From: Eledone cirrhosa
Lineage: Eukaryota
Assembly (NCBI GenBank): GCA_964016885.1
Contig: OZ024747.1
Span: 19,964,001-20,028,000 of the forward strand
Reading direction: 5' to 3'
DNA length: 64,000 bases
The notes beneath the pieces were generated by a model, which worked only from the letters and a program-made list of their open reading frames with translations, was not told where the DNA came from and did not search any database. Positions 1 through 14,678 of the stretch are shown in pieces. Both the position numbers and the translations under genes were made by a program. Positions within the stretch are counted from its first letter, which is position 1, and each line of letters begins with the position of its first letter.

Positions 1-345
1 TTAAGTTTTCATTCAACTTGTGAAAAGGATAGTGGAGACATGTGTTGAGATTTAATGTTATATCTAGGAAATTGACTATTCTATGGTTGTTCTCAATTTC
101 TATTTTAAGGTTAAAGTAATTAAAAAATTTTGTAATTTGTTTACATTTTCTATTTAGTTCAGGGTTATTATTATTAATAAGTAAAAGCATGTCATCCCTA
201 TATAAACCTCCGGTAGTACCAGGTATTTTCCTATGTAGCGAATTGATTAAAAATAAGCCCACAAGGTCAGTTACCTGAGCTGAGTCGGAAAATCCCATAG
301 TTATGTCAAAATTACTATTTCTATCTGCTCTGGTCCATAATTTTT
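1..345 (-). mobile_element. Penelope-like (Naiad-type) reverse transcriptase fragment, continuing beyond the window start
   Basis: Manual minus-strand translation gives LWTRADRNSNFDITMGFSDSAQVTDLVGLFLINSLHRKIPGTTGGLYRDDMLL and then IVNFLDITLNL. The FDxTMG, GLYRDD and NFLD motifs are typical of PLE RTs. Confidence 0.8.
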
Positions 346-1721
346 GATTCCTTCTTTTTATTCTTTTTTTATTGTTTATTTTTATTTTATATTTATTTTT
401 ATTTAAACATTCCTCATGAAAAATTAAGCTACCCTAAAAGCTGATGCTCCAATTATTTTGAATAAACCTTACACTAGATAAACTCCTATATTAAATATAA
501 GAACATATGTAGACCAAATTGGACGTCATAAACTTTTTGAAATGATCTTTGCTAGATGTGATTTGATAGATAATTTTTGGCTTTGTCTTGTAATGAACTT
601 GGCAATATATTGTCAATTAACTTTGAAGGGTTGATCTTTGTGGTTTATTTTTATTTTTATCTTTTATTATTGTAGTATTTTATAATATATTTTATAATAT
701 TTTTTATTTTTATTTTTATTTTTAATATCTTTAATATGTAAATTTTTAATACGTAATATTTTTTAATACGTAATATTTTTTAATATGTAATATTTTTATT
801 ATGTAATATTCTTTCGTAATATTTTTTTAGTTTTCTATTTTATTATTACTTATTTTTACTTATTATTATTATTGTTATCTTTTTATTTTTTTAGTTTTGT
901 TTCTGATATATATTTTATTAGTATATTGAAATCTGCTCTCTATTTCTGCTTGATAGATAATCTTGTAGAGTAAAGACAGGAATAATAATACACATATATG
1001 TATGCTCAAATTTTTATACCACATTGAGAATGTTTTCCGTGAACTTAGAGTTTGCAGAGTGAATCATGTGGATTCGCATGGATGTTTGTAGCTGTCACAT
1101 AAACATATGAATTTTTTTAAAAAACTAAACATAAGATAATTAATTTTCACACACTATGGATACTTGTCTCATTCAGGAATACTGATATTTACAATATAGT
1201 GTAAGTTTTATAAATACTAATACATTAAAACATAGGGTTTTTACGCCTCGAATATATCTGGCTATTTTTAAATTTTTTTTCTCTCGCTATTTTTTCTCTC
1301 TATATATTTTTTTCTCTCTATATATATCTCCCTTACATTAATACTTGAGCTAAATAAATAAATAAATAAATAAATGTATCATTGATACATTTACTCAAAA
1401 TGACCTCCCACTACCTAATTTTCTATATATATATATGTATTTATCTCTATTTCCTCTCTCTCTCTATATATATATATCTTTCTGTTTCTTTACATGAAGT
1501 TCTTCGCTTTATCTATCTTTTCATCTCTCTATTTTGTTCCATGCATTTCTTCTTTTTCTTCCTTTTCTTCCTTTTCTGTCTTTCTTTCTTTTTTCTCTCT
1601 TTTTTTCTCTCTTTCTTTCTCTCTGTGTAAAATTGCTTCACTGCCAGCTTAAACCTCTTCAAATGGAAGTCGGTGTTATAACGGTATGTCGAATCTATTT
1701 ATCTATAAAACTGTTTATATT

Positions 1722-1787
1722 GTATTTTGTCTGAGGAAGGCATAGCATATGGTAATATGATATCCCCGAAATATATATAATGAAATA
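1722..1787 (+). ncRNA. Type I hammerhead ribozyme in a PLE terminal repeat (same family as 13236-13609)
   Basis: tattttgt-CTGAGGA-stem II-GAAA-tatata-TA-atgaaata. The flanks closely match 13500-13600, and the tail ends at (TA)n near 1918. Confidence 0.65.
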
Positions 1788-2009
1788 AATATGGTTTTAT
1801 AAATATAGTTTCCATTTATTTAATATTGTAAATATACTCCAAATATTTGTCGAGTGCTTTTATATCAGTTATAAATATTTACTAGTTGTAACCCAACAAT
1901 TTTAAATATAACTTTCCATATATATATATATATATATATATATAAACGATATATGAATATATACCAAATGAATAGCAAATGATATGTAGCATTAGCTCCA
2001 AACCAGGTG

Positions 2010-2158
2010 TTAAAGCATAGAGTTACCTCCCTGTATGATCTGAGTTCAAATCCCGCCGAGGTTAACTTTGTCTGTCATCCTTCCGGGGTCGATAGAATAA
2101 AGTACCAGTAATGCATTGGGTAATTGCTGGCCTTGTGCCAAAAGTAGAAACAATTACT
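2010..2158 (+). mobile_element. tRNA-derived SINE family A, 5'-truncated
   Basis: B-box-like GAGTTCAAATCCC, core catccttccggggtcgatagaataaagtacc, tail ggccttgtgccaaaagtagaaacaatta. Confidence 0.85.
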
Positions 2159-2204
2159 TACATATAGATTATTGAATTCTGTCGATCGATTGATTATTGA
2201 TTAG

Positions 2205-2475
2205 GCGTTACCCGCTGATGAAGCCACATGCGCCGACTATGCATTGTTGCATAATATATGCAGACAGAGGGTGCAGTATACCCTACTGCTGCATTAAGTG
2301 TGGCCGAACCTCGAGTCCAGGAACTACTATAGGCACCCGTTTTCGTGTGTTGTATTGAAGCGAATAACTATGTGTATACTCTGGGAATATATCCTACATT
2401 ACCTATTGAGTACGTTGAGATACAACCGGTACTAGCATTGATACCTATGCTGGGTCCGTCAACTACTTATTAATA
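2205..2475 (+). mobile_element. PLE terminal-repeat remnant with a degenerate hammerhead
   Basis: CTGATGA at 2215, stem II GCCACAT/GTGTGGC with a long insert, GAAC instead of GAAA, palindromic CTCGAG then TC. Downstream TACTC...GAGTAC motif, ending at (TA)n. Confidence 0.5.
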
Positions 2476-2487
2476 TATATATATATA

Positions 2488-3000
2488 CAGGGTGAGTGAA
2501 AAGTAACTCCCTATTGAATGCCGAAAGGTACATCATCATGAAATCTAGCCAATTATCAGTACTCGGGAGAATATTTAAGATTTGATTTTGCTATTGTTGT
2601 TCGTGAATGGTTGAATGCCCACTTCCTTGGAAGATGGACGTGACCATCGTGGTCCGCATGAGTGGCCAGCCAGAAGCCCTGACTTAACACCCTGTGACTT
2701 TTTCTTTGGGGTTGGTTAATGGAACAAGTCTACTCTAACAAACCAACGACTTTCTAAGAACTAACTTGAAGGGTGAATACGAAAGGTTATGTCTTCCATC
2801 CCACAAGAGTTCCTGGAGAAATAAGTTGAGGCGGTTCCCGGACTTCTTGAGAAGCTGGAGGCAAATGCTGGTGCCCATATTGAATTTTAAATAATCCTCC
2901 ATGCTATACGCCTTTTTCTTATATTCATTTCTTGTAAAAATTATAGTTAAAAAATGAATTATAAGGAATTATAAAATAGGGAGTTACTTTCCAATCACCT
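2488..3000 (+). mobile_element. Internally deleted Tc1/mariner-superfamily DNA transposon
   Basis: Imperfect terminal inverted repeats cagggtgagtgaaaagtaactccctatt and aatagggagttactttccaatcacct, preceded by TA. The internal remnant encodes WPARSPDLTPCDF, the transposase C-terminal catalytic motif. Confidence 0.85.
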
Positions 3001-3001
3001 C

Positions 3002-3098
<97 letters not shown>

Positions 3099-3984
3099 TT
3101 ATATGTGTGTGTGTGTGTGTATGTGTGAGAGAGTGTGTGTGAGTATGTGTGTGTATATGTGTGTGTATGTGTGTGTTTTTGTGTGTGTGTATACTAAAGA
3201 TAAGTAACAGGAAGAGAAAAAGGTGAAAAATAGTGAGCTGTTTTTGTTTAGTTTCTTTACAGGTAAATAAACATCTTCAGTGATGTTTTGAAAATAGAGT
3301 AAAAATTGAATCAAGGATAAGATAATGTTCAAAGAGAAATTATTGAGATGTACTTCCTACTTTCTACATCCTGCTTATTTTCAGACAATTTCACTTTGTG
3401 ACAATAGGAAGCCAAGTGTATCCGTATAACTGTGTTTTGAAAGTTACAATAAACTTCAAGCTACAAATCAATTGGCGTTATCGGAAATGACCAACTGGCA
3501 GGAAAGACAACTCTGTTATAATACAGAGAAAACGAATATCATTTGAAATAGCTCTTTATAACAGCTGAAAAAAAGTCTTGTTGGATTTCCCTGTCATCCC
3601 TAATTCTAATTCTGTATCTGTTTCTGTTCTAGAAACTCTTCATCTTGTTTATTTGAGCTAAATACAGTTATCCTTTGTTTTTGTGTAATATTGTTTGTTG
3701 CATGAGGAGGTTGTTTTAATGTTATTGACATTGTTGTTACTCTCGTTGGTTATGGGTGTTTTATTGTTATTGTTTGTATTTTTTATATTATTATTTATTT
3801 TTTCGTTTGATTTCCATTCTTCTTTATCTTCCGGTCGAGTGTCAACTAGAGATCTAAGACAAGTATATATTAGCTGGAGAGAAACATCCTGAGAAGGTGA
3901 GTGGCTGATGTCAGAACAATGTTTTGAATCTCATAGATTGCTGGTTCCCCTGAAATCTAGTGAAACATATTATTATTATTGACA

Positions 3985-4084
3985 CCCTGCGTCGTAGCAT
4001 AGAGTTACGACCTTTTACGTTCTGAGTGCAAATCCTGCCAAGGTTAGCTTTGAACTTTACGGGGTTGATAAAATAAAGTACCAG
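3985..4084 (+). mobile_element. SINE family A fragment
   Basis: gcatagagttacgacc...ctgagtgcaaatcctgccaaggtt...gataaaataaagtacc matches the other copies. Confidence 0.75.
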
Positions 4085-4281
4085 AGAATACCTCATTTAA
4101 AGTTTCAAAACACGTCCGCAAGGCGTGAGAGAGAATCCCGGAAAGGCGGAGGGGGAACTCATCACGTTGTAAGAGGCTTAACTCTGTTTCTTGACCGCTG
4201 TATCACGTGATAAGTTCCCCCTCCGCCGTTCCGGGATTTTCTCTCACGCCTTGCGGGCGTGTTTTGAAACTTTAAATGAAG

Positions 4282-4377
4282 TATTCTCTTGATAAGTTGG
4301 CAAACTTCACAAAAATACTGCATCTCTATGATGTAATGTTTTTGCATAGTAGCCACGAAACTGCGCAGTCGAGGATG
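4282..4377 (+). ncRNA. Type I hammerhead ribozyme, U3-A8 core variant
   Basis: Stem I tattctc/gaggatg, core TTGATAA, stem II closed by GTTGGC...GCCAC, GAAA, palindromic stem III ACTGCGCAGT, predicted cleavage after GTC (4370). Confidence 0.7.
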
Positions 4378-4687
4378 TTGAGGAATATTGGGTATATATA
4401 TATATTTTATTTATGTCTAATGTTTCTTCTTTCTTTATAATGTATTATATAGCTCTGATATTGAGTCAATCTAATTCATTCAGATTATTTTGTCCCTATT
4501 AATCATAGAGCAACAACGGTTAAGGCTGGCACCACACAAATTCAGGTATATATGTGTGTATATGCATGTATATGTATGTATTCGCATGTATCTGTGTATT
4601 ACTTTTTATTGTCTATAACTCCCTACGGTAGAGTAACCACAGAAGTATAGTGACTGCTGTCAAGCTTACATTATTTACACTTCTAGC

Positions 4688-4970
4688 GGTGAATTGGCAG
4701 TGAATTGGCAGTGAATTGGCAGTGAATTGGCGGTGAATTGGCAGTGAATTGGCAGTGAATTGGCAGTGAATTGGCAGTGAATTGGCGGTGAATTGGCAGT
4801 GTCGGTAGAGGGTTGGACGCCATGCTTTCTAGCATAGTTACGTCCCTTTACGATCTGAGTTCAAATCCCGCCGAGGTTAACTTTGCCTTTCATCCTTACG
4901 GGGTCGATAAAATAAAGTACTAGTAATGTACTGGGTAATTGCTGGCCTTGTGCCTAAAGTAGAAACAATT
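4688..4970 (+). mobile_element. SINE family A copy with an amplified 11-bp head repeat and an 18-bp TSD
   Basis: (GTGAATTGGCA)x10 precedes the SINE body. TSD ATTATTTACACTTCTAGC at 4670-4687 and 4968-4985. Confidence 0.9.
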
Positions 4971-6186
4971 ATTTACACTTCTAGCCACCTCGTCTGAAGC
5001 GGAGATATTAATACCCCCTCCTCAATTTGTGGTATTTTTCTCTTGGTTGTAAGAGGCTTAACTCTGTTTCTTGACCGCTGAATCACGTGATAAGTTCCCC
5101 CTCCGTCTTTCCGGGATTCTCTCTCACGCCGTGCAGACGTGTTTTGAAACTTTAAATGAGGTATTCTCTTGATAAGTTGGCAAACCTCACAAAAATACTG
5201 CATCTCTATGATGTAATGTTTTTGCATAGTAGCCACAAAACTGCGCAGTGGAGGATGTTGAAGAATATTGGGTATATATATATATATTTTTTTTTATGTC
5301 TAATGTTTCTTCTTTCTTTATAATGTATTATATATATATATATATATTAATTAAAAAGTGAACAACTCAAAATATAACAGAAGTATAGTGACTGCTGTTA
5401 TATTTTGTGTTGTTCACTTTCTAATTAAATAGCTCTGTTCTATACATAGAGCACTCCACTCTCATTTCCTTTGGAATTACGTAACATATATATATACCTA
5501 TATATATATCTATCTCTCTCTCTATATATATATATATTGTTATACTTGGGAGGGTCATATTGAAATAATAACAGAACACACTCACTGTTTGGTTTGGGTT
5601 ATATACATATATACATATATACATATATACAATCACAAATACGACACACACGCACATATATATATATATACACGCATTTGTGCATAGTTACTGTCGATGA
5701 ATTTCGGCCAAATGTTGTAACTTCAGATAGGAATATCGGTACTTTGTGACGAATATCGGTACAGTTGGAATATCGGTACTTTCTGATGAGTTGTTGATTT
5801 TTTTTTTCTGTCAAAGTTAAACAGATAATTTCTAGTCAGTCCTGCAATCGTAAAAGCTTTGAACCAGTGTTTTGTCCTGATGGAAAATTGTAATCAATAA
5901 AATGCAATGAAACATAAAAATAAAACGAATGCTACACCACCAAGGGAAATTACAGGTGGTCAAGAGATGTGATAGACTACAGTGGACTCACTACTCACTA
6001 TGAAGGAAACAAAAAGAAAAGAAAAGAAAAGAAAACGAGATAGACAGAGAGTATTAACTACCTTTCTCTATCTTCTGCAATGTGAAAAAAAGTAATGACA
6101 TCGTCATGGCTGGAGAATTTTTAATCACAGGGTTGAAGGATCATAACTGTGCTGGAGCTAAATAGAAACTAGGAAAAACAATGACA

Positions 6187-6187
6187 C

Positions 6188-6241
<54 letters not shown>

Positions 6242-6415
6242 GTACTACTACTACCACTACTACTACCACCACCACCACCACCACCACCATTACTACTACT
6301 ACTACCACTACTACTACCACCACCACCACCACCACCACCACCATTACTACTACTACTACTACTACTACTAACCCTACCGCCAGTAGTACTACTACTACCA
6401 CCACCACCACCACCT

Positions 6416-6461
<46 letters not shown>

Positions 6462-6469
6462 CACTACCT

Positions 6470-6532
<63 letters not shown>

Positions 6533-6577
6533 ACCCTACCGCCACTAGTACTACTACTACCGCCACCACCACCACCT

Positions 6578-6610
<33 letters not shown>

Positions 6611-6642
6611 ACCCTACCACCACTAGTACTACTACTACCTCC

Positions 6643-6700
<58 letters not shown>

Positions 6701-6772
6701 GCACTACCACCACCACCCCACCCCACCCCACCACAAACATGCCTACCACCAACTCTACCACTACTACTACTA
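6187..6772. repeat. Compound (ACT)n/(ACC)n trinucleotide repeat
   Basis: Direct reading, with a recurring AACCCTACCGCCA(G/C)TAGT interruption. Confidence 0.95.
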
Positions 6773-7192
6773 TTTTCCTACTGCTGCAGTTGTCATTCAA
6801 TACACTACACATATGTCATCATAACTTTGTGTCAAACATTCCTTGTTTAAATAGTATACATTTCATTCTCTCTCTCTCTCTATACCGCCAGGTACTGCCA
6901 ATAACGATGTCATTGATCCATTATATAAATGACAGGAAAATTGCTATATTAATAGAGATCTACGCTATAGAACGAATGCCCATCTTCCCTACAATCACAA
7001 TTTACAATTCTCGCAAAGTTGCTGTGATGACATTCAATTATGTTCTTACCCCTTTTAACCAAACTATTTTGTCTTCTTTATTCCATCTAACTTCCTTCAT
7101 CGATTGCAGTTTCCAAAAATACACCGGCTCTCAGGATACAATTTGATCCACAAATAAAGCGGCTCATTCTCACTACTTCCCGTTCTCTCTCA

Positions 7193-7310
<118 letters not shown>

Positions 7311-7539
7311 ATTTGGGGAGAGTCATATTGTTATAATATTGCCAGAAATAATAATAAAAGACACTCACTGTTTGGTTTGGATTGTTTTTATCTCGCTTCT
7401 GTATGTTTTATATATCTACATAGAGTGCTGTATTCAATGTATAAATCAAAAGTAAGTGTATGTAAACAAGTTCTCAACTCACAGAAGGATTTCTATACGG
7501 ACTGATTGTTTGGTGCATAAAATTGCACCAACCACAGAG

Positions 7540-7830
7540 ACCTGCGGCGTTTGATATAGTTACGACTGGGTCATATATCCTGATGGGGGACTTCAAGGCA
7601 GATGTTGGAACTGACCATCTGAAAAGGAAATAACTAATTGGAAGGAAAAGCGATCCAGACATAAATATATTATGGACAAAACCAACCGACAGGAGACCTA
7701 GGGGTTGACCTCGACGAAGATCGTTGAGGATCCAGCCGAATCAAATAGAGATGGCTGTTTCTGACAGGATCGGCTGGAAGGAATACTTGAGGACTCTAGT
7801 CATCCTCAGGCAAAATCAAGATGACCTAAC
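7540..7830 (+). mobile_element. RTE-clade LINE remnant (endonuclease piece fused to the 3' end)
   Basis: Translates to ILMGDFKADVG (APE GDFNA motif) and then KPTDRRPRG*PRRR, resembling the RTE C-terminal GRRPRGRP motif. Confidence 0.55.
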
Positions 7831-8125
7831 GTTATTTCATACATGAGATCTCGTCATATTTTTGTTATAGAGGAGGAATAATTCATGCGAAAAATATAAG
7901 GGTTCGAAAATTTAAAATAATAATAATAATAATAAAATATGTGATTATAGTGCAGTGCTTGAATATTTTCTTTGGTGATGAGAGAAGCTCAATGCACCTA
8001 TGTTCAGAATTTATATAAGACTCTAATAATTTTTACCAATGTTTGTCTTCACTGCTAGGTAGTGGATGGTACATACATACATACATAAATACATGCATGC
8101 ATGTATTTATGTATGTATGTATGTA

Positions 8126-8217
<92 letters not shown>

Positions 8218-8556
8218 GAGACGTATAGAGATTGTTTTAGCAAGAAGCTAACGGCATTCTATAACATATATGCGACTATAACGTCAAGATGGGAAAAGTA
8301 GTTAACGAAAGATTTAGGAAAAATAATTCAAACTCATCTCAAAAGAGAATCAGGATACAAATTCATCCACAGAATTTAGTAAAATCCATGGAAAAATCTA
8401 TAGACCTTTAACTCATGATAAAACAAAGTTTGAAACACTTATCCTTCAATTTGGAATAACATCAAATGCTCTGTATAGTCTTAAAAGACTATTTCATGAA
8501 AACTTTCAGTGGAGATGGTCACGGTTGGATATCATTCATCAGCATAGCTCAACAGA

Positions 8557-8645
<89 letters not shown>

Positions 8646-9289
8646 GGAATGTTTATATATATCGAGTTGATATATATAAACAAATAGAAAAAAGGAAAAA
8701 AATACAGTAGAAAATGCTGGATGGATTTTTTCAGTATACTATCAAAACATTTATTTATAAAGTGGGGATTACCGCATTTAATCATTATATGCCTTTTATC
8801 ATGATATGCCTTTTCAACAACGGAAATGTAAAGTGCAGTTAAATTTCATATTTATACGAATAATAATAAAATGGAGAAGAAACATTATTAGCTTTTACAT
8901 ACATATTTAGAGAGGAAAGTTCATGTTTCTGTCCGAGGCTCTCTTTCGTTCTCTGCAGACATGATTCGATCAGATGTGAATGATGTGAGGGAAATAACGA
9001 CGTGGTGTAGAATATTGTTTAAATGTCTACATTTGTGAAAAGCAAAATACTTTTAATTTGACTCTATAACATATGAGGTTGTATACAAAAAAGATATCCG
9101 CCTCCAATCAGATATATAACATGCAAATACATAATAAAGAACATATCAATTTACAGTATATATATTATTCAAATCATCTACTTGATATCACATCCCAGAG
9201 GGTGATATAAGCATTGTGAAACACCCATCTGAGAATAATCTTCTGCAGCACAATAATATAATATCAATATAATATAAAATTGTTATTCC

Positions 9290-9410
9290 GAGAGTCATAC
9301 ACACTCAATAGATCTAATCTCAACAGCTTCTTACTTACTATAACTTTTCAGAGAGTCATTCACACTCAATAGATCTAATCTCAACAGCTTCTTACTTACT
9401 ATAAATTTTC
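9290..9410 (+). repeat. Tandem duplication of about 61 bp
   Basis: gagagtcat..cacactcaatagatctaatctcaacagcttcttacttactataa occurs twice in tandem. Confidence 0.9.
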
Positions 9411-9464
9411 TTTTAATCTCTTTTGCTATGTTACAAGCATACACATCGATACATATATATATTT

Positions 9465-11520
9465 CTTTTCCCACCTCAAAGGTGGTCTATATCGAGATGA
9501 CTGTATTCTTCTATCTAACAATATTAGTCTCTCAGCAATTGAGAGTAATAAAAACATATTAGGAAATTCCTCAAAAATTACTATAATCTTACCATTACTT
9601 TTGAAAATAGCACTAAAATGGTCAATTTCCTCGACATCACTTTTGATCTATCAACAGGCATTTACCAACCCTACCACAAACCAAACCAAAACCTGCATTA
9701 TATACTCTCACTCACAATCTAACCACCTTGGTTCCATACTAAAAAATCTAGTGTACAATATCTCACTCAGATTATCTAAATTATCATCTAATGAAGAAAT
9801 ATTCTATAAAAATGAACCTTATTATACCGAGGCTTTAGAAGTGGCTACAAGGATAAAATATTTTACATACCTAACACCATAAATACCTCCAACATACAAC
9901 CAAGCATAAACAACAAACACCATAAAAAACACCAAAAATTAATGCCAGCAATGAAGCACGGAAAACCTAGATCCTACCATTACTCATAATACCCGCATTA
10001 ACACGAATGACACAAACCGTCTAAAAATCATCAATACTAACGCTTCTGAATACTTCTATAACCTACCTAATAATATTACTACAAACCATAAGAAAACACC
10101 TAACTCCATTAATCTTAAAAAAGCAGTTAATAATAACATCTTATATCTTAATTCTCACAATAAACCTAATGATATATTACCTATTTCATTGAACCTTCAA
10201 CCTAACCAAACCACATCCTTACAATCCAATAAACCAGAGAAACATATCCGAACTACTGTAAATAGCAAGAATAATACCAAAATTCCAGGTCCTATCAATA
10301 ATGCTCAATTAGTAAAACTCCCAATATCATCTATAAATCAAACTAAAAGCAATAAATAAAAAACTAATACAATTCAAAAATCTACTAAACAATTAGTTCA
10401 CACCCATAATAACGATCACAATATTATAGTATCATCTGATAACAAAATCTACCCTCAAACTTCTATACATACCCAATATAATAATAAGAAACCAATTAGA
10501 AACCATAAAAGAAACGTAACATGGTATAACGCTCCATTTAACTTGCAAACCATGGGCCAAATCCCTAAAACATTTTTTACAATTCTCGATAAGCATTTCC
10601 CACCTAACCACAAATATCATCAAATCTTAAACAGATATACAGTAACATGTTCTTACTCCACATCGAGCAATATACAACAAAAAATAAGTGCATATAACAT
10701 CTATAAATGTAAAAAAGCTCCATGTATACCACACGCAATAGCACACCACACACAAGCTAACTATAATAATACTACAACGCATAACCAGAATATTATTACA
10801 TATCCACCTGTTACATCCGCTCACTCACCTCACCAACACAATACATCAGCCTACAAGCAACTCCCATCTTCCTCACCCTTAATAGGGACTAAGAATTACA
10901 TACCCAATATAACCAATAACTTCCAAAACAACCATGATACTATAAACTCTATATCCAGTATAATTTCACCAACTAACAACCCTTCGGGCTGGTGACCACC
11001 CAACCGCAAACCCTTCTCTCCCATATAAAAAGGTAAATACAAATACTAGCACTATTATTGGGAATATAGCTAGCACATCTGAAACCCTATGTACAAACGG
11101 TTGTAATTGTAGAGTAAAAAGTAATTGCCCCTTAAATGGATATTGCTTAATTAATAATATAGTATATAAATGTTTAATCACCACTAAGGACTCTAATCAA
11201 TCCTATATTGGATCCACTTCTAATCCGTTTAAATCGAGATTTATGCACACACTGATAGTTTTCGAAACACAAAATTAGCTAATACCACTTCTTTAGCAGA
11301 AGCAGTTAATAATTGTAAAAAGAAGAATATTAATTATAACCTAACTTGGAAGATTCTCAAGAGAGACATTTTTTATCAGGGCAATAGAAGGGAGTGTGGA
11401 CTATGTTCCCAAGAAATTTTTGAAATTACCAAATCGAAGGACACTCTATTAAATAAAAGACAAGAATTAATTATAGCATATAACCAGAAAATTAGAAAGA
11501 CATTCAAATATTATAAATAC
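9465..11520 (+). mobile_element. Decayed Penelope-like (Naiad-type) ORF: RT C-half, linker and GIY-YIG endonuclease
   Basis: Fragments [85 protein letters not shown] and ECGLCSQE, with several frameshifts and stops. Confidence 0.85.
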
Positions 11521-11559
11521 AACTACACAAATATAGAAAAAGATACAGGAGAAAATGTA

Positions 11560-11596
<37 letters not shown>

Positions 11597-11686
11597 ATAT
11601 ACATAGGTGTGTGTCTTTCTCTATATATATATGTGTGTGTGCATGTATGTGTGTGTGTATGTATATATGTTTGTATATGTATATGT

Positions 11687-11820
<134 letters not shown>

Positions 11821-11823
11821 TTA

Positions 11824-12036
11824 ACGATCAACTTTCGTCAAATCGGACCGAGGAAACAGTGTTTCCACTGGTCTTTCCAATTGCTAATACTATCTATTGG
11901 TGGCAACTCCAGGTAGAAGGAGCAACGTGAAATAAAGTGTCATGCTCAAGGACATAACGCATCGCTCGGTCCAGGAATCGAACTCACAACCTCACGATTG
12001 CGAATCCAGTTCTCTAACCACTCAGCCACAAGCCTT
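11824..12036 (-). mobile_element. tRNA-derived SINE family B (CORE-like centre)
   Basis: Reverse complement of the copies at 13642 and 18849. Confidence 0.85.
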
Positions 12037-12219
12037 CACGCATATACATATATATATACACAGTTCAAGAGTAACCAATCTTAAAGAGAGAGATGGAGAT
12101 AGTAGAGGAGATATGAGAGGAAAGATTGGTGAGTAAAGGCATGTGCTCAATGTGCAATATGCAGTAGAAAGCAACTAGGTGGCTGGGTTCATGCAGAGGT
12201 TAGGTGCGCAGAGCTGGAA

Positions 12220-13012
<793 letters not shown>

Positions 13013-13032
13013 CGGCTAATTCTGGCATATAC

Positions 13033-13641
<609 letters not shown>

Positions 13642-13644
<3 letters not shown>

Positions 13645-13852
13645 GTGTGGCTGAGTGGTTAGGGAATTGGATTCGCAATCGTAAGGTTGTGAGTTCGATT
13701 CCTGGTCCAGGCGATGCGTTATGTCCTTGAGCAAGACACTTTATTTCACGTTGCTCCTTCTACCTGGAGTTGCGACCGATAGATAGTATTAGCAATTGGA
13801 AAGACCAACGGAAACATTGTTCCCTCGGTCCGATTTGACGAAAGTCGATCAT
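13642..13852 (+). mobile_element. SINE family B
   Basis: A-box TGGCTGAGTGG, B-box GAGTTCGATTCC, CORE-like tgtccttgagcaagacacttta, located in (TA)n. Confidence 0.9.
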
Positions 13853-14539
13853 TCCATTTTTTATATATATATATATTTATATATTAAATCCTATATATCA
13901 TCCCTATAACTGTTTTAAGTAATTAACTATTAATGAGCACTATATATTATATTATATTCAACAATCTAACAAAACTTTTAACGGATATGCATTTAAACCC
14001 CCTTAAAAAAAAACAACAGATTATTAATCAGATTTCTTATTCGAAAATATAATTCCATACAGGGAAAACTTCTTTCTGACCACTCTAACACAATACAATA
14101 CTTACACGAATGTTCTTACCTATATAGTATTTTATCTATTTTTTTATCTAAATTTTACTTTCCTTTGGTTCCATTTATATTCCTCTAGTTGTTCTATTTT
14201 TAGAACAAATTATTCCTCTCGAACAAAGAAATAACAGATATTTAGGATTGTTCTATGCTATTCTACTTGATATAACACACTGATTTCTGCACCCCTTTCC
14301 CTCCAGCTGTAATGTTCTTTGACCATCCACACTTTTCTATACAATATGTCTAAATTCTTTTCTTAAAAGTCATTTGATACCTCATCCCCTGACTACTTAT
14401 TTATTCATCTACTACTACCAACTTAAGGATCTATATTGCCCCTTCCTATTTTTACTATTGGTCAATCTTAATATTGTTTATAAAACGTTACTTATTCATA
14501 TATGTTTTTTTGTATTCTTCAATAAACAAAACTCATTAT

Positions 14540-14678
14540 TGACGCATAGAGTTACGGCCCTTGCCATTCTGAGTTCAAATCCCGCCGAGGTTAGTTTTGC
14601 CTTTCATCCTTATGGGGTCGATAAAATAAAGTACCACTGGATAATTGCTGGCCTTGTGCCAAAAGTAGAAACAATTAT
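14540..14678 (+). mobile_element. SINE family A, 5'-truncated
   Basis: Matches the family A core and tail. Confidence 0.85.

Larger units (their letters stand above)
4085..5340 (+). mobile_element. Non-coding mini Penelope-like element: inverted partial pLTR plus two direct pLTRs
   Basis: 4085-4166 is the reverse complement of about 4206-4288. About 4167-4450 is directly repeated at about 5047-5335. A hammerhead lies in the repeat, and the element ends in (TA)n. Confidence 0.75.

Noticed and set aside
1-950. Possible mitochondrial insertion suggested by AT richness
   Set aside because: The minus strand translates to Penelope-like RT motifs, and no mitochondrial gene was recognised.
4689-4798. 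CRISPR-like repeat array
   Set aside because: The units are contiguous 11-mers without spacers, and the context is eukaryotic.
5731-5790. Three GAATATCGGTAC repeats as a transposon subterminal array
   Set aside because: No matching opposite terminus or TSD was found.
6181-7146. 321-aa Thr-rich mucin-like ORF (and poly-Val and poly-Ser/Gly antisense ORFs)
   Set aside because: It is a translation of an (ACT/ACC)n microsatellite, with no signal peptide, domain or splice support.
11095-11420. Selenocysteine (in-frame TGA) usage as reported for some Naiad elements
   Set aside because: The conserved Cys positions here and at 41060-41380 use TGT or TGC, and I could not identify a SECIS.
13642-13712. 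tRNA gene
   Set aside because: The tRNA-like head continues into a SINE body that is repeated at 11824 and 18849.
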